Origin: a virus
Virus record (IMG/VR): IMGVR_UViG_3300050034_000098
Coordinates: 15,758-79,757 of that record
DNA length: 64,000 bases
Strand: one strand, 5' to 3'
This document shows, piece after piece, positions 1 through 8,894 of the stretch; the stretch's first letter is position 1; each line of letters opens with the position of its first letter. The notes beneath the pieces were generated by a model that had not been told where the DNA came from, did not search any database, and worked only from the letters and a program-made list of their open reading frames with translations. Position numbers and translations under genes: made by a program.

Positions 1-489
1 TGCACCACACACACTAATACATTCAATCGGTTCTGTATATCCAATGTTGTCTGCCATCCAGCCCCTTATTTTTGGATTCTTGTTAGTTCCAACTACGCCA
101 CATCCAACTAATTTATTATTTTTATTAATTAAGCGATTACCTACTACTGCAACTTTATCATCATATTCAAATAATCTAATCATATTATCTAACCAATAGT
201 GGTGAATTGCCAACGTGTCAGAATTCAACATTAAAATATATGAACCTGCGGTTGAGTTTATCCCTTGATTAATTGCTCTGCCATATCCAACATTTTCAAG
301 ATTCTTAATTGTTTTTACAGTTGGGAATTTTTTATTAATTAATTCTAATGTATTATCATTGCCATTATCAACAACAGTAATATCAATAGTACAATTATTT
401 TTATATTTTAAAAGTGATTCAATACAGTTTAGTGTTAGGCTACTTGTGTTATAGGTTGGAATTATAATTGATACACTTGGATTTGACAC
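1..489 (-). CDS. Glycosyltransferase family 2 (GT-A fold), 3' end outside window
   Basis: My translation: MSNPSVSIIIPTYNTSSLTLNCIESLL...ITVVDNGNDNT...NVGYGRAINQGI...YILMLNSDT. GTG start at 489 with GGGGAG RBS; frame open to position 1. Absent from the ORF track because it is truncated. Confidence 0.9.
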   Translation of the reverse strand, partial: MSNPSVSIIIPTYNTSSLTLNCIESLLKYKNNCTIDITVVDNGNDNTLELINKKFPTVKTIKNLENVGYGRAINQGINSTAGSYILMLNSDTLAIHHYWLDNMIRLFEYDDKVAVVGNRLINKNNKLVGCGVVGTNKNPKIRGWMADNIGYTEPIECISVCGA

Positions 490-494
490 TTTAT

Positions 495-704
495 TTATCT
501 CCCCTTTATATTTAAATATTTACTATAGTATTCACTATCATATAGAAATGGCAGACTAATTGAAAAGGTCCAAATTAGAACTAATAATATTTTACAAAAA
601 ATTTCATCACCTTGAGATATATGAAACATTAAATATGATAGTATAATAAATGAAATAACTGATATAATTATAAATCTCTTATAATATATTTTATCTTTTA
701 CCAA
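495..704 (-). CDS. Small membrane protein (two hydrophobic segments)
   Basis: ORF track; GGGG-type RBS; operon context. Confidence 0.55.
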   Translation of the reverse strand: MVKDKIYYKRFIIISVISFIILSYLMFHISQGDEIFCKILLVLIWTFSISLPFLYDSEYYSKYLNIKGR

Positions 705-719
705 TACCCCTTACTCCTT

Positions 720-998
720 TTATAATTTCTTTTCAATCCAGACGTTATCATCACCTGCGATTAGATTTGATAAGCCTAACATATTTCTAATAACGGTTGG
801 TAATATAAAACTTTTATGACAATGACTACATTCTGTTTTCATACTAGATTCCATAGTTAATTTAATTTGTGGTTCAATTTCTCTTATGTCTTTTGGTGTA
901 TCCTTTGGATTGCTTGATATACTAATTGTCTTTGTTGTCTTATATAATTTATGTTCGCAAAATGGACATCTAATTAAACTACCCTTTTTAATTTTCAT
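720..998 (-). CDS. Hypothetical zinc-ribbon protein
   Basis: CPFC...CSHC; RBS GAGGT. Confidence 0.6.
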   Translation of the reverse strand: MKIKKGSLIRCPFCEHKLYKTTKTISISSNPKDTPKDIREIEPQIKLTMESSMKTECSHCHKSFILPTVIRNMLGLSNLIAGDDNVWIEKKL

Positions 999-1124
999 TT
1001 CTAACCTCTTCTTTCATAATCATAAAAACATCTTCTAAATCATCTTGCATCTCAATAAAATCTATAAACTCTTCATCTAACATATCTTCTATTTCTTTAA
1101 ATGCCCTTTCCCAATACTCTCTAT

Positions 1125-1370
1125 TCATTTAATCATTCTCCTTATACTTTCTAAATCATGCTTCATTCTTTTATCAAATTCTTTTTCATATTTTAAAAAC
1201 TCTTTATAAATCTGTTCACCGACATTATCTACTACAACATCTTTTCTCCACCAATTAATACAACTATCATCTTCATTCATAAAATCAGAATGATTGTCGC
1301 TTAGTCCATTACAACAGGCTCCAGTAAAACTATCATAAAAATCACAGTTACCACATTTCTTAATTATCAT
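1125..1370 (-). CDS. Hypothetical Cys-rich phage protein
   Basis: CGNC...CCN...C; RBS AAGGAG. Confidence 0.6.
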   Translation of the reverse strand: MIIKKCGNCDFYDSFTGACCNGLSDNHSDFMNEDDSCINWWRKDVVVDNVGEQIYKEFLKYEKEFDKRMKHDLESIRRMIK

Positions 1371-1423
1371 TATTTGTGCACTCCTTTCATAAATCCATCG
1401 CTATGCTCATAACGAGTTCAACC

Positions 1424-2062
1424 TTATTTATGGACACCTTTCATGAACTCTATAAAATATTCATCGTCACTTAGTTTATTAAAAATATCAGCATACAATG
1501 TTTTATCAGTCTGTTGTACCTCATCCATAATGAATTTAACTATTTCGTAAACGCGGGTAAAATCAAATATTTTTTCTTGTATAACGCTTATTGAATTAAC
1601 TAATTGAGATTTCCTAGATAGCATCTTCTCAAGAGTAGAACTAAAACTATTAATCTCTTTTGCAATAACTAAAACATCAGAATCTTTCTTTATCATTTTG
1701 TCTAATGAATCCATACATGCCTGAATAGAATCTATCTGATTGTCTACTATTTCCATTTGAGATAAATATTCTTTATATACGTTTAATTGAGAATTATTCT
1801 TTCTGTTGTCTGTCCTGGTTGGAAACTCTCTTTTTACATAATTGTATAAAGCTGTTCTACTTATTTTTTTATCATCGGGCATATGCTTGTTGTTTATTTC
1901 CTCTAGAGTCTCATTAATAGATAATCCTGAGTATATTAATTTGCCAACAATATCATGTAAACCATATCTATCTAATGTTGGCATTTGGGTATCAAACCCA
2001 TTTGATGGTTGTACTAAATCGGTCTTTCGATGAGTCGGTGGAACTGCTCCCAAAGCTATCAC
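1424..2062 (-). CDS. Putative terminase small subunit (HTH plus coiled coil)
   Basis: N-terminal HTH-like segment (ISRTALYNYVKR) then a long coiled coil; heads the leftward late operon next to an HNH gene. Positional inference. Confidence 0.45.
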   Translation of the reverse strand: MIALGAVPPTHRKTDLVQPSNGFDTQMPTLDRYGLHDIVGKLIYSGLSINETLEEINNKHMPDDKKISRTALYNYVKREFPTRTDNRKNNSQLNVYKEYLSQMEIVDNQIDSIQACMDSLDKMIKKDSDVLVIAKEINSFSSTLEKMLSRKSQLVNSISVIQEKIFDFTRVYEIVKFIMDEVQQTDKTLYADIFNKLSDDEYFIEFMKGVHK

Positions 2063-2065
2063 TCC

Positions 2066-2899
2066 TTAATTTACTATGTTTCTAAACTCTCCATAATATT
2101 CTTCTTCTGCGTTTTTCCTTGCTTGAATCGCATCTTGTTTATCTGTGAAATATCCTAAAGTAATACGTTCTCCATTTAGCCCAATCCTTGCCCACCACTT
2201 ATTACCATTTTTAATAAAAGAAACACCGCTACAGCCACTTGTATTAATTGAATGCAAGGACGAGTTCATACAATTTTGTTGGTTTGTACAAATTCTTAAA
2301 TTCTGCTTCCTGTTATCAAATGTATCATGATTTATATGATCGACCACTAGTTCTTTTGGGTAACCCATAACACATCGGTGGATTATTCCTAATGTTGCCG
2401 ATCGAACGTAAACCCCTTTTTTATTTCCACTACAACCCGTTTGTATTCCCCACTGTGCTTTTGATAGTTTTTCAACATCCTCTTTATCTATTTTTACAAT
2501 ATACTCTTTGTCAGTTTGCTTATTTTTAATAATAAGTTCTGTATAATATTTTAAATAATTATAACTATTAATCCAAACCTTATTCTTAGTTATCTCTTTA
2601 TTTATTATTTTACCACACCTCCTAAACTGGGCAAGATGAGATGCACATAAATAGTTTCCATAATCTCTACTATATGAAATATATTGTTTTGAATTACAGA
2701 CACTACACTTTCCACTATTGATTTCTCTATTTAACTTAGCATTACCCCTATCCTTTTTTCTCGATAAGTCAATTTCTCCATATTTCTTATATAAACGACG
2801 ACACGCATCGCACAGTAATTCTTTTGTGTCTATGTTCCTATATACTTTATAACCAGATCCACATTTTACGCAAAGAGCATTTTTCAATTTATTTACCAC
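2066..2899 (-). CDS. HNH homing endonuclease with C-terminal AP2 domain
   Basis: IHRCVMG...VVDHINHDTFDNRKQNLR (HNH) and NTSGCSGV...KWWARI...LGYF...A..ARKNAE (AP2). Confidence 0.9.
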   Translation of the reverse strand: MVNKLKNALCVKCGSGYKVYRNIDTKELLCDACRRLYKKYGEIDLSRKKDRGNAKLNREINSGKCSVCNSKQYISYSRDYGNYLCASHLAQFRRCGKIINKEITKNKVWINSYNYLKYYTELIIKNKQTDKEYIVKIDKEDVEKLSKAQWGIQTGCSGNKKGVYVRSATLGIIHRCVMGYPKELVVDHINHDTFDNRKQNLRICTNQQNCMNSSLHSINTSGCSGVSFIKNGNKWWARIGLNGERITLGYFTDKQDAIQARKNAEEEYYGEFRNIVN

Positions 2900-2920
2900 C
2901 TATTTTTATATTCTAGTATT

Positions 2921-2949
2921 AGTATAATATTTTTTAATTATATTGTCAA
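2921..2949 (-). promoter_or_regulatory. sigma70/sigA-type promoter
   Basis: TTGACA-17 bp-TATACT upstream of the HNH gene. Confidence 0.75.
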
Positions 2950-4129
2950 GCATAAATTCATCCCTACAATATAGTATATAGAGAACCGCTAGGTAAGGCA
3001 ACTTTAGGAATATTAATTAATTAACCCTTATATTTGTATGTTCATGGCTTTTAGTACCTTAAAAGTGACTAGTTTGTAGAAGAATTTAGACTTAGATTTG
3101 ATTTGTGTATATTAGTTAGAAGTGAATATAATTAATATAACTAAATACCATATAAAACAATGGATTATTAAATTATTTAGGAATATTTTAGATAATATAT
3201 TGGTAGGTATAATGCGCGCCCTCATAGCCCAGGGAACTTGCGTTCTTATTTACAAAATGCACCCCACCCCTTGCAACGCTTGCCACTGAGCCCCTATCTC
3301 TACACATAAAATCACAAAACAGATTCTAAAATATCTGTACTATAGCACCATCCATCAAATAACTTGCCTACTGTAAATTACCGATAAATATATATTATCG
3401 AAACAATTGTCTGCAAACCCTTATATAATATGCTTCTAGTAATATTCATATACTATTTGCCTACGCTTTGTCTACGGATTGACATTACTGAATTTATTCT
3501 ACGTTGGCAAACTTACTTTAACGAAAGTGTAACGTTGGGCATTTCTTCATTTTGTCTTAGCACGTATATTTTTGCATATTGGTTTTTAATTGGAAGTAAT
3601 ATGGTAAAATGTATTTAATAAATAGTATTTATGTAGTAATAATTTAGTATAATTGTTTACATTTTGAAATAATTAGAGTGAATGAATTGAATTACGTTGC
3701 ATTTGCAACATACCATGCATGGTATGGAATGAGAATTTTTATAGTACATATGTTAGTTATAGTTAACGATTGTAAGATATAATGTTTTTATGTTACTTTA
3801 TGTAAGTGCATATAACTTATCTATTTATCTTTTAACTCTATCAGTGTTATAAGTATACTATCATAGTTATAGTAGCGTTAACATATAGTATTAATAGTAT
3901 ATTATACTTCTATGCTTGTTATCATTCTCTTAGCAAGCATTAAAGTTAACACCGATAGTATTATATAGGCTATATCACTTAAGTACAGTGTAGTGACGAT
4001 AGGAACGAAGACAAAGACTAAAAGATCTTAATACTGGTTACTACTACTACATATATATCTAACATATTAGAATAAATTCTTTTGTTTCCCTGCCAGTCAA
4101 CTGATATATATTATCATTTAAATTTAACC
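2950..4129. other. Long non-coding region, candidate genome terminus/packaging region
   Basis: No credible ORF with RBS; TA-rich with palindromes; GC-rich island at about 3212-3298. Confidence 0.5.
3025..3089 (+). repeat. Dispersed 60-bp element, copy A
   Basis: TTTGTAGAAGAA at 3073; TGACTAGTTTGTAGAAGAA (3066-3084) is identical to the reverse complement of 49971-49989; upstream palindrome degenerate. Confidence 0.75.
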
Positions 4130-4162
4130 AAAAAGAAAAGCCTTGCTATTATGCAAGACTCT
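4130..4162 (-). terminator. Intrinsic terminator
   Basis: GAGTCTTGC-ATAATA-GCAAGGCTT followed by a T-rich tract on the minus strand. Confidence 0.65.
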
Positions 4163-4472
4163 TATCTTTTAATTCTCTTAACATTTTATAATCTCTTTTA
4201 CCAATATATCCACTTGGGTATTCATGAAATACTTCTATATAATTTTCAATTCTTTGTTCATCTGTATAAAAATCATCTTGGTAAGCAATCCCTATTACTT
4301 TGTGATCCTTTGCATATTCTGATTTTAAACTAGATACAAATGAATATCTCCCATTTTCATAAATTACTGGGCATTCTTTAAATGCTTTTAAAATATCTAA
4401 TATGTCTTGTCTTGCCTTATTTGGCAAAGTACTAAATTCTTCTAAAGTAATTGCATATTTTTTGTTTTTCAT
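4149..4472 (-). CDS. Hypothetical early protein (start revised to MKNKK)
   Basis: AAGGAG RBS before ATG at 4472. Confidence 0.65.
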   Translation of the reverse strand: MKNKKYAITLEEFSTLPNKARQDILDILKAFKECPVIYENGRYSFVSSLKSEYAKDHKVIGIAYQDDFYTDEQRIENYIEVFHEYPSGYIGKRDYKMLRELKDKSLA

Positions 4473-4476
4473 TATA

Positions 4477-4569
4477 TTATTCTCCTTTGTTATCTCTATA
4501 ATCTTGAGTCGTAAAGTATCCACAAAGCAGTAAAGCTGATCCAAAGGCTATGAAAGTAATAGTTAACAT
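4477..4569 (-). CDS. 30-aa hydrophobic peptide MLTITFIAFGSALLLCGYFTTQDYRDNKGE
   Basis: GAGGAG RBS; first gene after the promoter at 4606-4634. Confidence 0.55.
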   Translation of the reverse strand: MLTITFIAFGSALLLCGYFTTQDYRDNKGE

Positions 4570-4605
4570 TTCTAATGCATCTCCTCTTGTTTTTAACTAT
4601 AGCTT

Positions 4606-4634
4606 ATTCTATCATCTTTTAAATAATATGTCAA
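4606..4634 (-). promoter_or_regulatory. Early sigma70-type promoter
   Basis: TTGACA-17-TAGAAT. Confidence 0.75.
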
Positions 4635-4654
4635 CACCTTTATTAAAAATAAGC

Positions 4655-4689
4655 AAATAAAAAGCCTTACCATTTATAGATAAGACTTG
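4655..4689 (-). terminator. Intrinsic terminator
   Basis: AAGTCTTATC-loop-GGTAAGGCTT then TTTATT. Confidence 0.6.
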
Positions 4690-4695
4690 ATCTAC

Positions 4696-4962
4696 TTATA
4701 GAAGACTATAGTTTGTGATATCCTTTGGAATTTCATCAAATATTTCTTGAATTGTCATTCCATTTTTAATATCACTAGCTTCTAAATGCTCAAAAGGCAT
4801 TCCACACTCTGGTTCTAGTGTTATTACATTATCTTCTAAAATTGCCACTCCATACATCAATTTATCATCATCTTTATTATACCAGCATATTTTCTTTTCT
4901 GAGTTTATGAATTTTGTTACATTTGAGTTGACTTGTATTTTTATCATTATCATCTCAACCAC
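4696..4962 (-). CDS. Hypothetical early protein
   Basis: ORF directly behind the promoter at 4986-5014, RBS AAGGAG. Confidence 0.65.
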   Translation of the reverse strand: MVEMIMIKIQVNSNVTKFINSEKKICWYNKDDDKLMYGVAILEDNVITLEPECGMPFEHLEASDIKNGMTIQEIFDEIPKDITNYSLL

Positions 4963-4985
4963 TCCTTTAATTTATCTTATAACCC

Positions 4986-5014
4986 ATTATACATCTAATA
5001 AATAAGTCTGTCAA
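4986..5014 (-). promoter_or_regulatory. Early sigma70-type promoter (perfect consensus)
   Basis: TTGACA-17-TATAAT. Confidence 0.85.
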
Positions 5015-5035
5015 TACTGTTTTAATAAGTAAAAA

Positions 5036-5242
5036 CTATTTATTCAGATTAAAATTTATTTGTTCAAGAATTTCATCAACTATAACATTGGATGAAAGAG
5101 CCTCAAATAATAATTCTTTTGCCTTTGTAGCAGAAACATTATTAACGTTAACAATAGTATCAACAATTCGCGAAATAACGTATTTATCATAATCAATTAT
5201 TATTCCTTTATTTTTACCATCGGTAATTTCTACTTTATACAT
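5036..5242 (-). CDS. Hypothetical early protein
   Basis: ORF behind the promoter at 5276-5304; RBS AGGGG. Confidence 0.65.
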   Translation of the reverse strand: MYKVEITDGKNKGIIIDYDKYVISRIVDTIVNVNNVSATKAKELLFEALSSNVIVDEILEQINFNLNK

Positions 5243-5275
5243 TTAAAACGCCCCTTTGTTTTATTTACTATAATC

Positions 5276-5304
5276 ATTATAACCCAAAACAAAACATATT
5301 GCAA
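5276..5304 (-). promoter_or_regulatory. Early sigma70-type promoter
   Basis: TTGCAA-17-TATAAT; -10 lies within the palindrome TATAAT-C-ATTATA (5269-5281). Confidence 0.75.
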
Positions 5305-5344
5305 GCATTATCTTAAATCATTTTTAATACTTTTAAATCATAAT

Positions 5345-5404
5345 CCTACACACTTATATAGCCTCTCAATATTATCGTCTAAAACAACGCAGTATAGAGA
5401 CTAA
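5345..5404 (+). repeat. Dispersed 60-bp element, copy F (degenerate)
   Basis: CCTACACACTTATATAG...AATATTATCGTCTAAAA...TATAGAGA with the same 48-bp spacing. Confidence 0.55.
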
Positions 5405-5434
5405 AAGCCCCTACTATTAGCTAGTAAAGGCTTT
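5403..5434 (-). terminator. Intrinsic terminator
   Basis: AAAGCCTTTACT-loop-AGTAGGGGCTTT-T on the minus strand. Confidence 0.6.
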
Positions 5435-5439
5435 GGAAA

Positions 5440-5628
5440 TCATACTATATAATTATCTTTTTTATTAGTTTTGTCAAATTCTTCTATCATTTCGTCTAAA
5501 CTATTTTTATATTGTTTTAAAATACCTTTCGTTGTTCCTGGTATAAATCCATCACTATATTTTAGTTCAATAAAAGCTATAGCTTCGTTAGTTTCTTTTA
5601 TTTTTTGTTGCATTTCAATATTTGTCAT
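5440..5628 (-). CDS. Hypothetical early protein
   Basis: ORF track, RBS GGAG. Confidence 0.55.
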   Translation of the reverse strand: MTNIEMQQKIKETNEAIAFIELKYSDGFIPGTTKGILKQYKNSLDEMIEEFDKTNKKDNYIV

Positions 5629-5783
5629 TTCTCTTCTCCTATACTATTTTAAAATTAAGATCTTTACAAAACTGTATTGCTTCATTGTATTCAAAGAATT
5701 GTTCATAATCAAAAATATCAATAAGCATCCTTCCAAATATTGTTTTATCTCATATAATCCACCATTACAAACTAATTTTACTT

Positions 5784-6221
5784 TCATTTTAAACTGTCCT
5801 GTATTTCTTTATAGTAATTAACCCATTTAATTTTGTCTTTTTCTGCCGATACTGCATTTTTATAACAATTACCACATTTATACATTGATAAGCTAAATTC
5901 TTCATCTTTATAAAAATTATCATAACTTACCTCATTAGCTATGGTTATATAGTAAAACCTATCACCAAATTTGGGCTTAAACGGTTCTCTGATAATTTCT
6001 TCATTATTTTTTATAAAATCACCTAACATTTCAGAGTCATTTAAAAAATACCAAATTGGATCACCTTTGCAAATTGAATAAGACAAACTCGTAAATACAC
6101 TATTTGTTATATTAAATTTATACCTTACAATTCCGGTTGCATCTCCTATTATACTTTCTCTACTAAACACCTCGTCAAATTCAACATCTAAACCTTTTCT
6201 AATAATTTCTAATATATCCAT
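5784..6221 (-). CDS. Hypothetical protein, paralog family member 1
   Basis: GLDVEFDEVF...YKF...PFKPKFGDRFYYI...GNCY pattern shared with three other ORFs. Confidence 0.7.
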   Translation of the reverse strand: MDILEIIRKGLDVEFDEVFSRESIIGDATGIVRYKFNITNSVFTSLSYSICKGDPIWYFLNDSEMLGDFIKNNEEIIREPFKPKFGDRFYYITIANEVSYDNFYKDEEFSLSMYKCGNCYKNAVSAEKDKIKWVNYYKEIQDSLK

Positions 6222-6489
6222 TTTTATTATCTCCTTCGCTAATTTGATAACAATTCCATAGGCCTTCTAAGAAAATTGAACAATCACAAGTTTTAATTAT
6301 AGGTGGATTTTTGTACATAAAACAATAGGTGTATTCATATTTTACATAGCCTTTCTTAACATCTAATATTTTACGATCCTGATGTTCTTTAATAAAAGGA
6401 TTTTCTCCGTCTTCCCTGTAAACAATTCCTATAAGATCTTTGCATTTCTGCTCGTCTGTTTTGAATAATTCTTTCAAAAATTTAAACAT
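6199..6489 (-). CDS. Hypothetical protein
   Basis: ORF track, RBS AAGGAG. Confidence 0.6.
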   Translation of the reverse strand: MFKFLKELFKTDEQKCKDLIGIVYREDGENPFIKEHQDRKILDVKKGYVKYEYTYCFMYKNPPIIKTCDCSIFLEGLWNCYQISEGDNKNGYIRNY

Positions 6490-6500
6490 TATTCTCTCCT

Positions 6501-6695
6501 TTATAATTTACTTTCAGCCTCAGCTAAACAGGCATCGTTTAACATATCGTACATATCCTCATAGTATACACCAGTGTAGTGATCTCCTTGTAGATCAAAA
6601 TCAGTGTATAAAACATTATCAATCATGTACTGACTTTGGATAATTAATGTAACTGCAAAAGCTAGTGTCATAATATTTTTAACAAACCTATTCAT
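6501..6695 (-). CDS. Small protein with N-terminal signal/TM segment
   Basis: Hydrophobic N-terminus; RBS GAGGT. Confidence 0.55.
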   Translation of the reverse strand: MNRFVKNIMTLAFAVTLIIQSQYMIDNVLYTDFDLQGDHYTGVYYEDMYDMLNDACLAEAESKL

Positions 6696-7170
6696 TTTCT
6701 ATTACCTCTTTTCTTTTTGTTATGATAGTATTTCGACTGTACCCAAACTACATACGATTTTAAATCTGGTTCAAACCACCTAACTTTATCAAACCAACTA
6801 CCTTCAAACAATTCATGCATAATTAAACAGCTCCTTCTTTGATTATTTCAAATGTTTCTTGGTACACTATTGTTTTCCGCTTCATAAGATCAAATACTCT
6901 GTTGCGGATATCATTGTAATCGTATCCCATCATTACATATACGCCAGATTTTAGCATTACTTTAAATTTAAATATCTAGCACCTTAATATAACCTTTCTT
7001 AACCCAATCTTTTGCAGTATATGTTGTGTCCCATTCACCTAGAAAAACCATATCGACTTCACTATTTTCTTTTCTTTCTTCTAATCCTAATTTGCGAGAT
7101 CTTTCTTCTGCTTTTTTAGTCCATACATATTTTTTCATTTAAAACAACTCCTTAATTTTTTCTATAATTC

Positions 7171-7199
7171 ATTATAACACTAACTGAATTAATTGTAAA
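7171..7199 (-). promoter_or_regulatory. Early sigma70-type promoter
   Basis: TTTACA-17-TATAAT; -10 lies within TATAAT-TC-ATTATA (7163-7176). Confidence 0.75.
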
Positions 7200-7361
7200 G
7201 ACTTTTATTAATTCTTTTTAAACTAATTTTAGTTATCATTTCTAAAATATCTTCTTTATATAATTTACAAATCATTCCTAATAAATACTCTTTTGTGTCT
7301 CCTAAAATTACTGTTTGCGTTTTACCGTTTTTTAATATAATTGTTAGTTCATACATATTTA

Positions 7362-7769
7362 TCAGATCCTTTCATTCTTTAAACATAATATAGCATTTTC
7401 ATACTCTCTTAAACCTAATTCAGTTTCAATTCTTTTATTTGTCCTATTGAGATAAAATGATGCTTGAATTTCTCCATAAAATTCGATATTATTATATTTA
7501 GAATAAAAGTTAATGTTAAGTTCTTCTAAAATCCTTTCAATTTGCTCAATTGTTTTGTTCGTTTTAAATCCCATTCCTGGATAATTATATTTTATTTCTG
7601 CTTTGGTATTTAAGATGTTGTGAATTAATTGGATTGTTAACGTTTGCATTAAAATAGAACTGCCAATTGTTTTAGACGAATCAATAAAAGATCCCTTTAT
7701 ATCGGTTTCTAATAATTTTCTTTTTTCAATTACTTCTTTTAATTTAGCTTCAATTTCTTTGTTTGTCAT
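7362..7769 (-). CDS. Hypothetical early protein
   Basis: ORF behind the promoter at 7801-7829; RBS GGAGTG. Confidence 0.65.
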   Translation of the reverse strand: MTNKEIEAKLKEVIEKRKLLETDIKGSFIDSSKTIGSSILMQTLTIQLIHNILNTKAEIKYNYPGMGFKTNKTIEQIERILEELNINFYSKYNNIEFYGEIQASFYLNRTNKRIETELGLREYENAILCLKNERI

Positions 7770-7800
7770 TTACAATCACTCCATTTCTTAATCTAAAATC

Positions 7801-7829
7801 ATTATATCATATAGATAATAAAATTGCAA
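7801..7829 (-). promoter_or_regulatory. Early sigma70-type promoter
   Basis: TTGCAA-17-TATAAT with TGn extension. Confidence 0.75.
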
Positions 7830-7883
7830 TAAAATGTTTTCTTCATTATATACACACATTTCATTCGTTGTTAAAAATAATCC

Positions 7884-7912
7884 TTGCATTCGTATTTTGC
7901 ATATGTTATAAT
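7884..7912 (+). promoter_or_regulatory. Early sigma70-type promoter (divergent)
   Basis: TTGCAT-17-TATAAT. Confidence 0.65.
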
Positions 7913-8041
7913 AATCTCAAGTCAAGGGAACAATGCGAAGCGGTACAATCCGAGTGTATCGGATTAGATACTGCAAAAGTAACATTGCATTTAAACAATT
8001 GTTAAGAGAGTAAAATCAAATAAAATTATTTAAACAACCTA

Positions 8042-8070
8042 TTGACTTATTAAACAAAATGAATTATAAT
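8042..8070 (+). promoter_or_regulatory. Early sigma70-type promoter
   Basis: TTGACT-17-TATAAT. Confidence 0.8.
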
Positions 8071-8103
8071 GAACTAAGAAAGTAAAATAAAGGGGCGAAC
8101 GAA

Positions 8104-8280
8104 ATGAAAAGCGAATATTGGTTTTATCTAGTAAATGATGAAGGTTGCGTAATGGACACCAGGCGTGACTCTAGTGTGATAAAAGCCAGAAAACATTTTT
8201 ATAACACATTCGAAGGGAATTATAAAATTCAATGGACAGATAAAAATGGAGTTGGTAAAGAAAAGAATGTAAGACTCTAA
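8104..8280 (+). CDS. Hypothetical 58-aa early protein (MKSEYWFYLVNDEGC...)
   Basis: AGGGG RBS, first ORF after the promoter at 8042. Confidence 0.6.
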   Translation: MKSEYWFYLVNDEGCVMDTRRDSSVIKARKHFYNTFEGNYKIQWTDKNGVGKEKNVRL

Positions 8281-8429
8281 GATTTTTAATAATTAAAGGA
8301 GTTACAACAAATGATTATTCCATTATTTATAATTTTCCTAGTAATAATTGTTTTAAGAAGTATTTTAGAAATTTACAGTACCTTGAGTCGCGGATACAAA
8401 ATGGTATCGGACAGAAAAGAGAAAATAAA

Positions 8430-8894
8430 ATGAAAAAAGTAATTAATTTTGGTAAAGTTGACTATAATAATATTGGGAAACCTATAAACAGGGTTACTGT
8501 TGAAGTTAAATTTAATGATGGAAAACTTAGTATTTGTGCTAATATCTGGAATGGCAGTAATACCGATATTGTTTGTGGGGGACAATGCATAGATACATTA
8601 CAAGAATTTGATAGTATCAAAAATAATGAACTTTTTACATCAATCTATAGACTATGGAAATTATATCATTTAAACGATATGCATGCAGGAACAATTGAAC
8701 AAGAAAATGCAATTAAAGAATGGGAAGAATTAGGCAACAAATACGATTATACAGAAGCTTGTAATTATCTTAAAAGCATTAATCTTTATGAAGTTAGCTA
8801 TAACGGTTCGCCATATACTTATGGACATAGTTGGTTATTTCAAGAAATTCCATTAGATGATGTAAAGATAATTAACCAAATTATGACTAACTGA
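8430..8894 (+). CDS. Hypothetical phage early protein (WKLYHLNDMHAG motif)
   Basis: ORF track; motif resembles phage hypothetical proteins I recall. Confidence 0.7.
   Translation: MKKVINFGKVDYNNIGKPINRVTVEVKFNDGKLSICANIWNGSNTDIVCGGQCIDTLQEFDSIKNNELFTSIYRLWKLYHLNDMHAGTIEQENAIKEWEELGNKYDYTEACNYLKSINLYEVSYNGSPYTYGHSWLFQEIPLDDVKIINQIMTN

Noticed and set aside
2921-2983. Possible seventh degenerate element copy (CTCTATATACTATATTGTAGGG) upstream of the HNH promoter, and a partial one at about 3418
   Set aside because: Lacks the distal AGAAGAA box at the conserved spacing; not counted
3066-3089. TTCTAC-containing repeat resembling a Cas12a direct repeat or CRISPR array
   Set aside because: Copies are dispersed over 47 kb, not tandem with spacers; no Cas genes. 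The Cas4-like gene is a typical stand-alone phage nuclease
3430-4333. ORFs 3430-3618(+) and 4082-4333(+)
   Set aside because: No RBS, low-complexity composition; the second is antisense to a real gene
7935-7941. GCGAAGC, the extra-stable mini-hairpin of N4 promoters and ssDNA origins
   Set aside because: A 7-mer is expected about once by chance in this window
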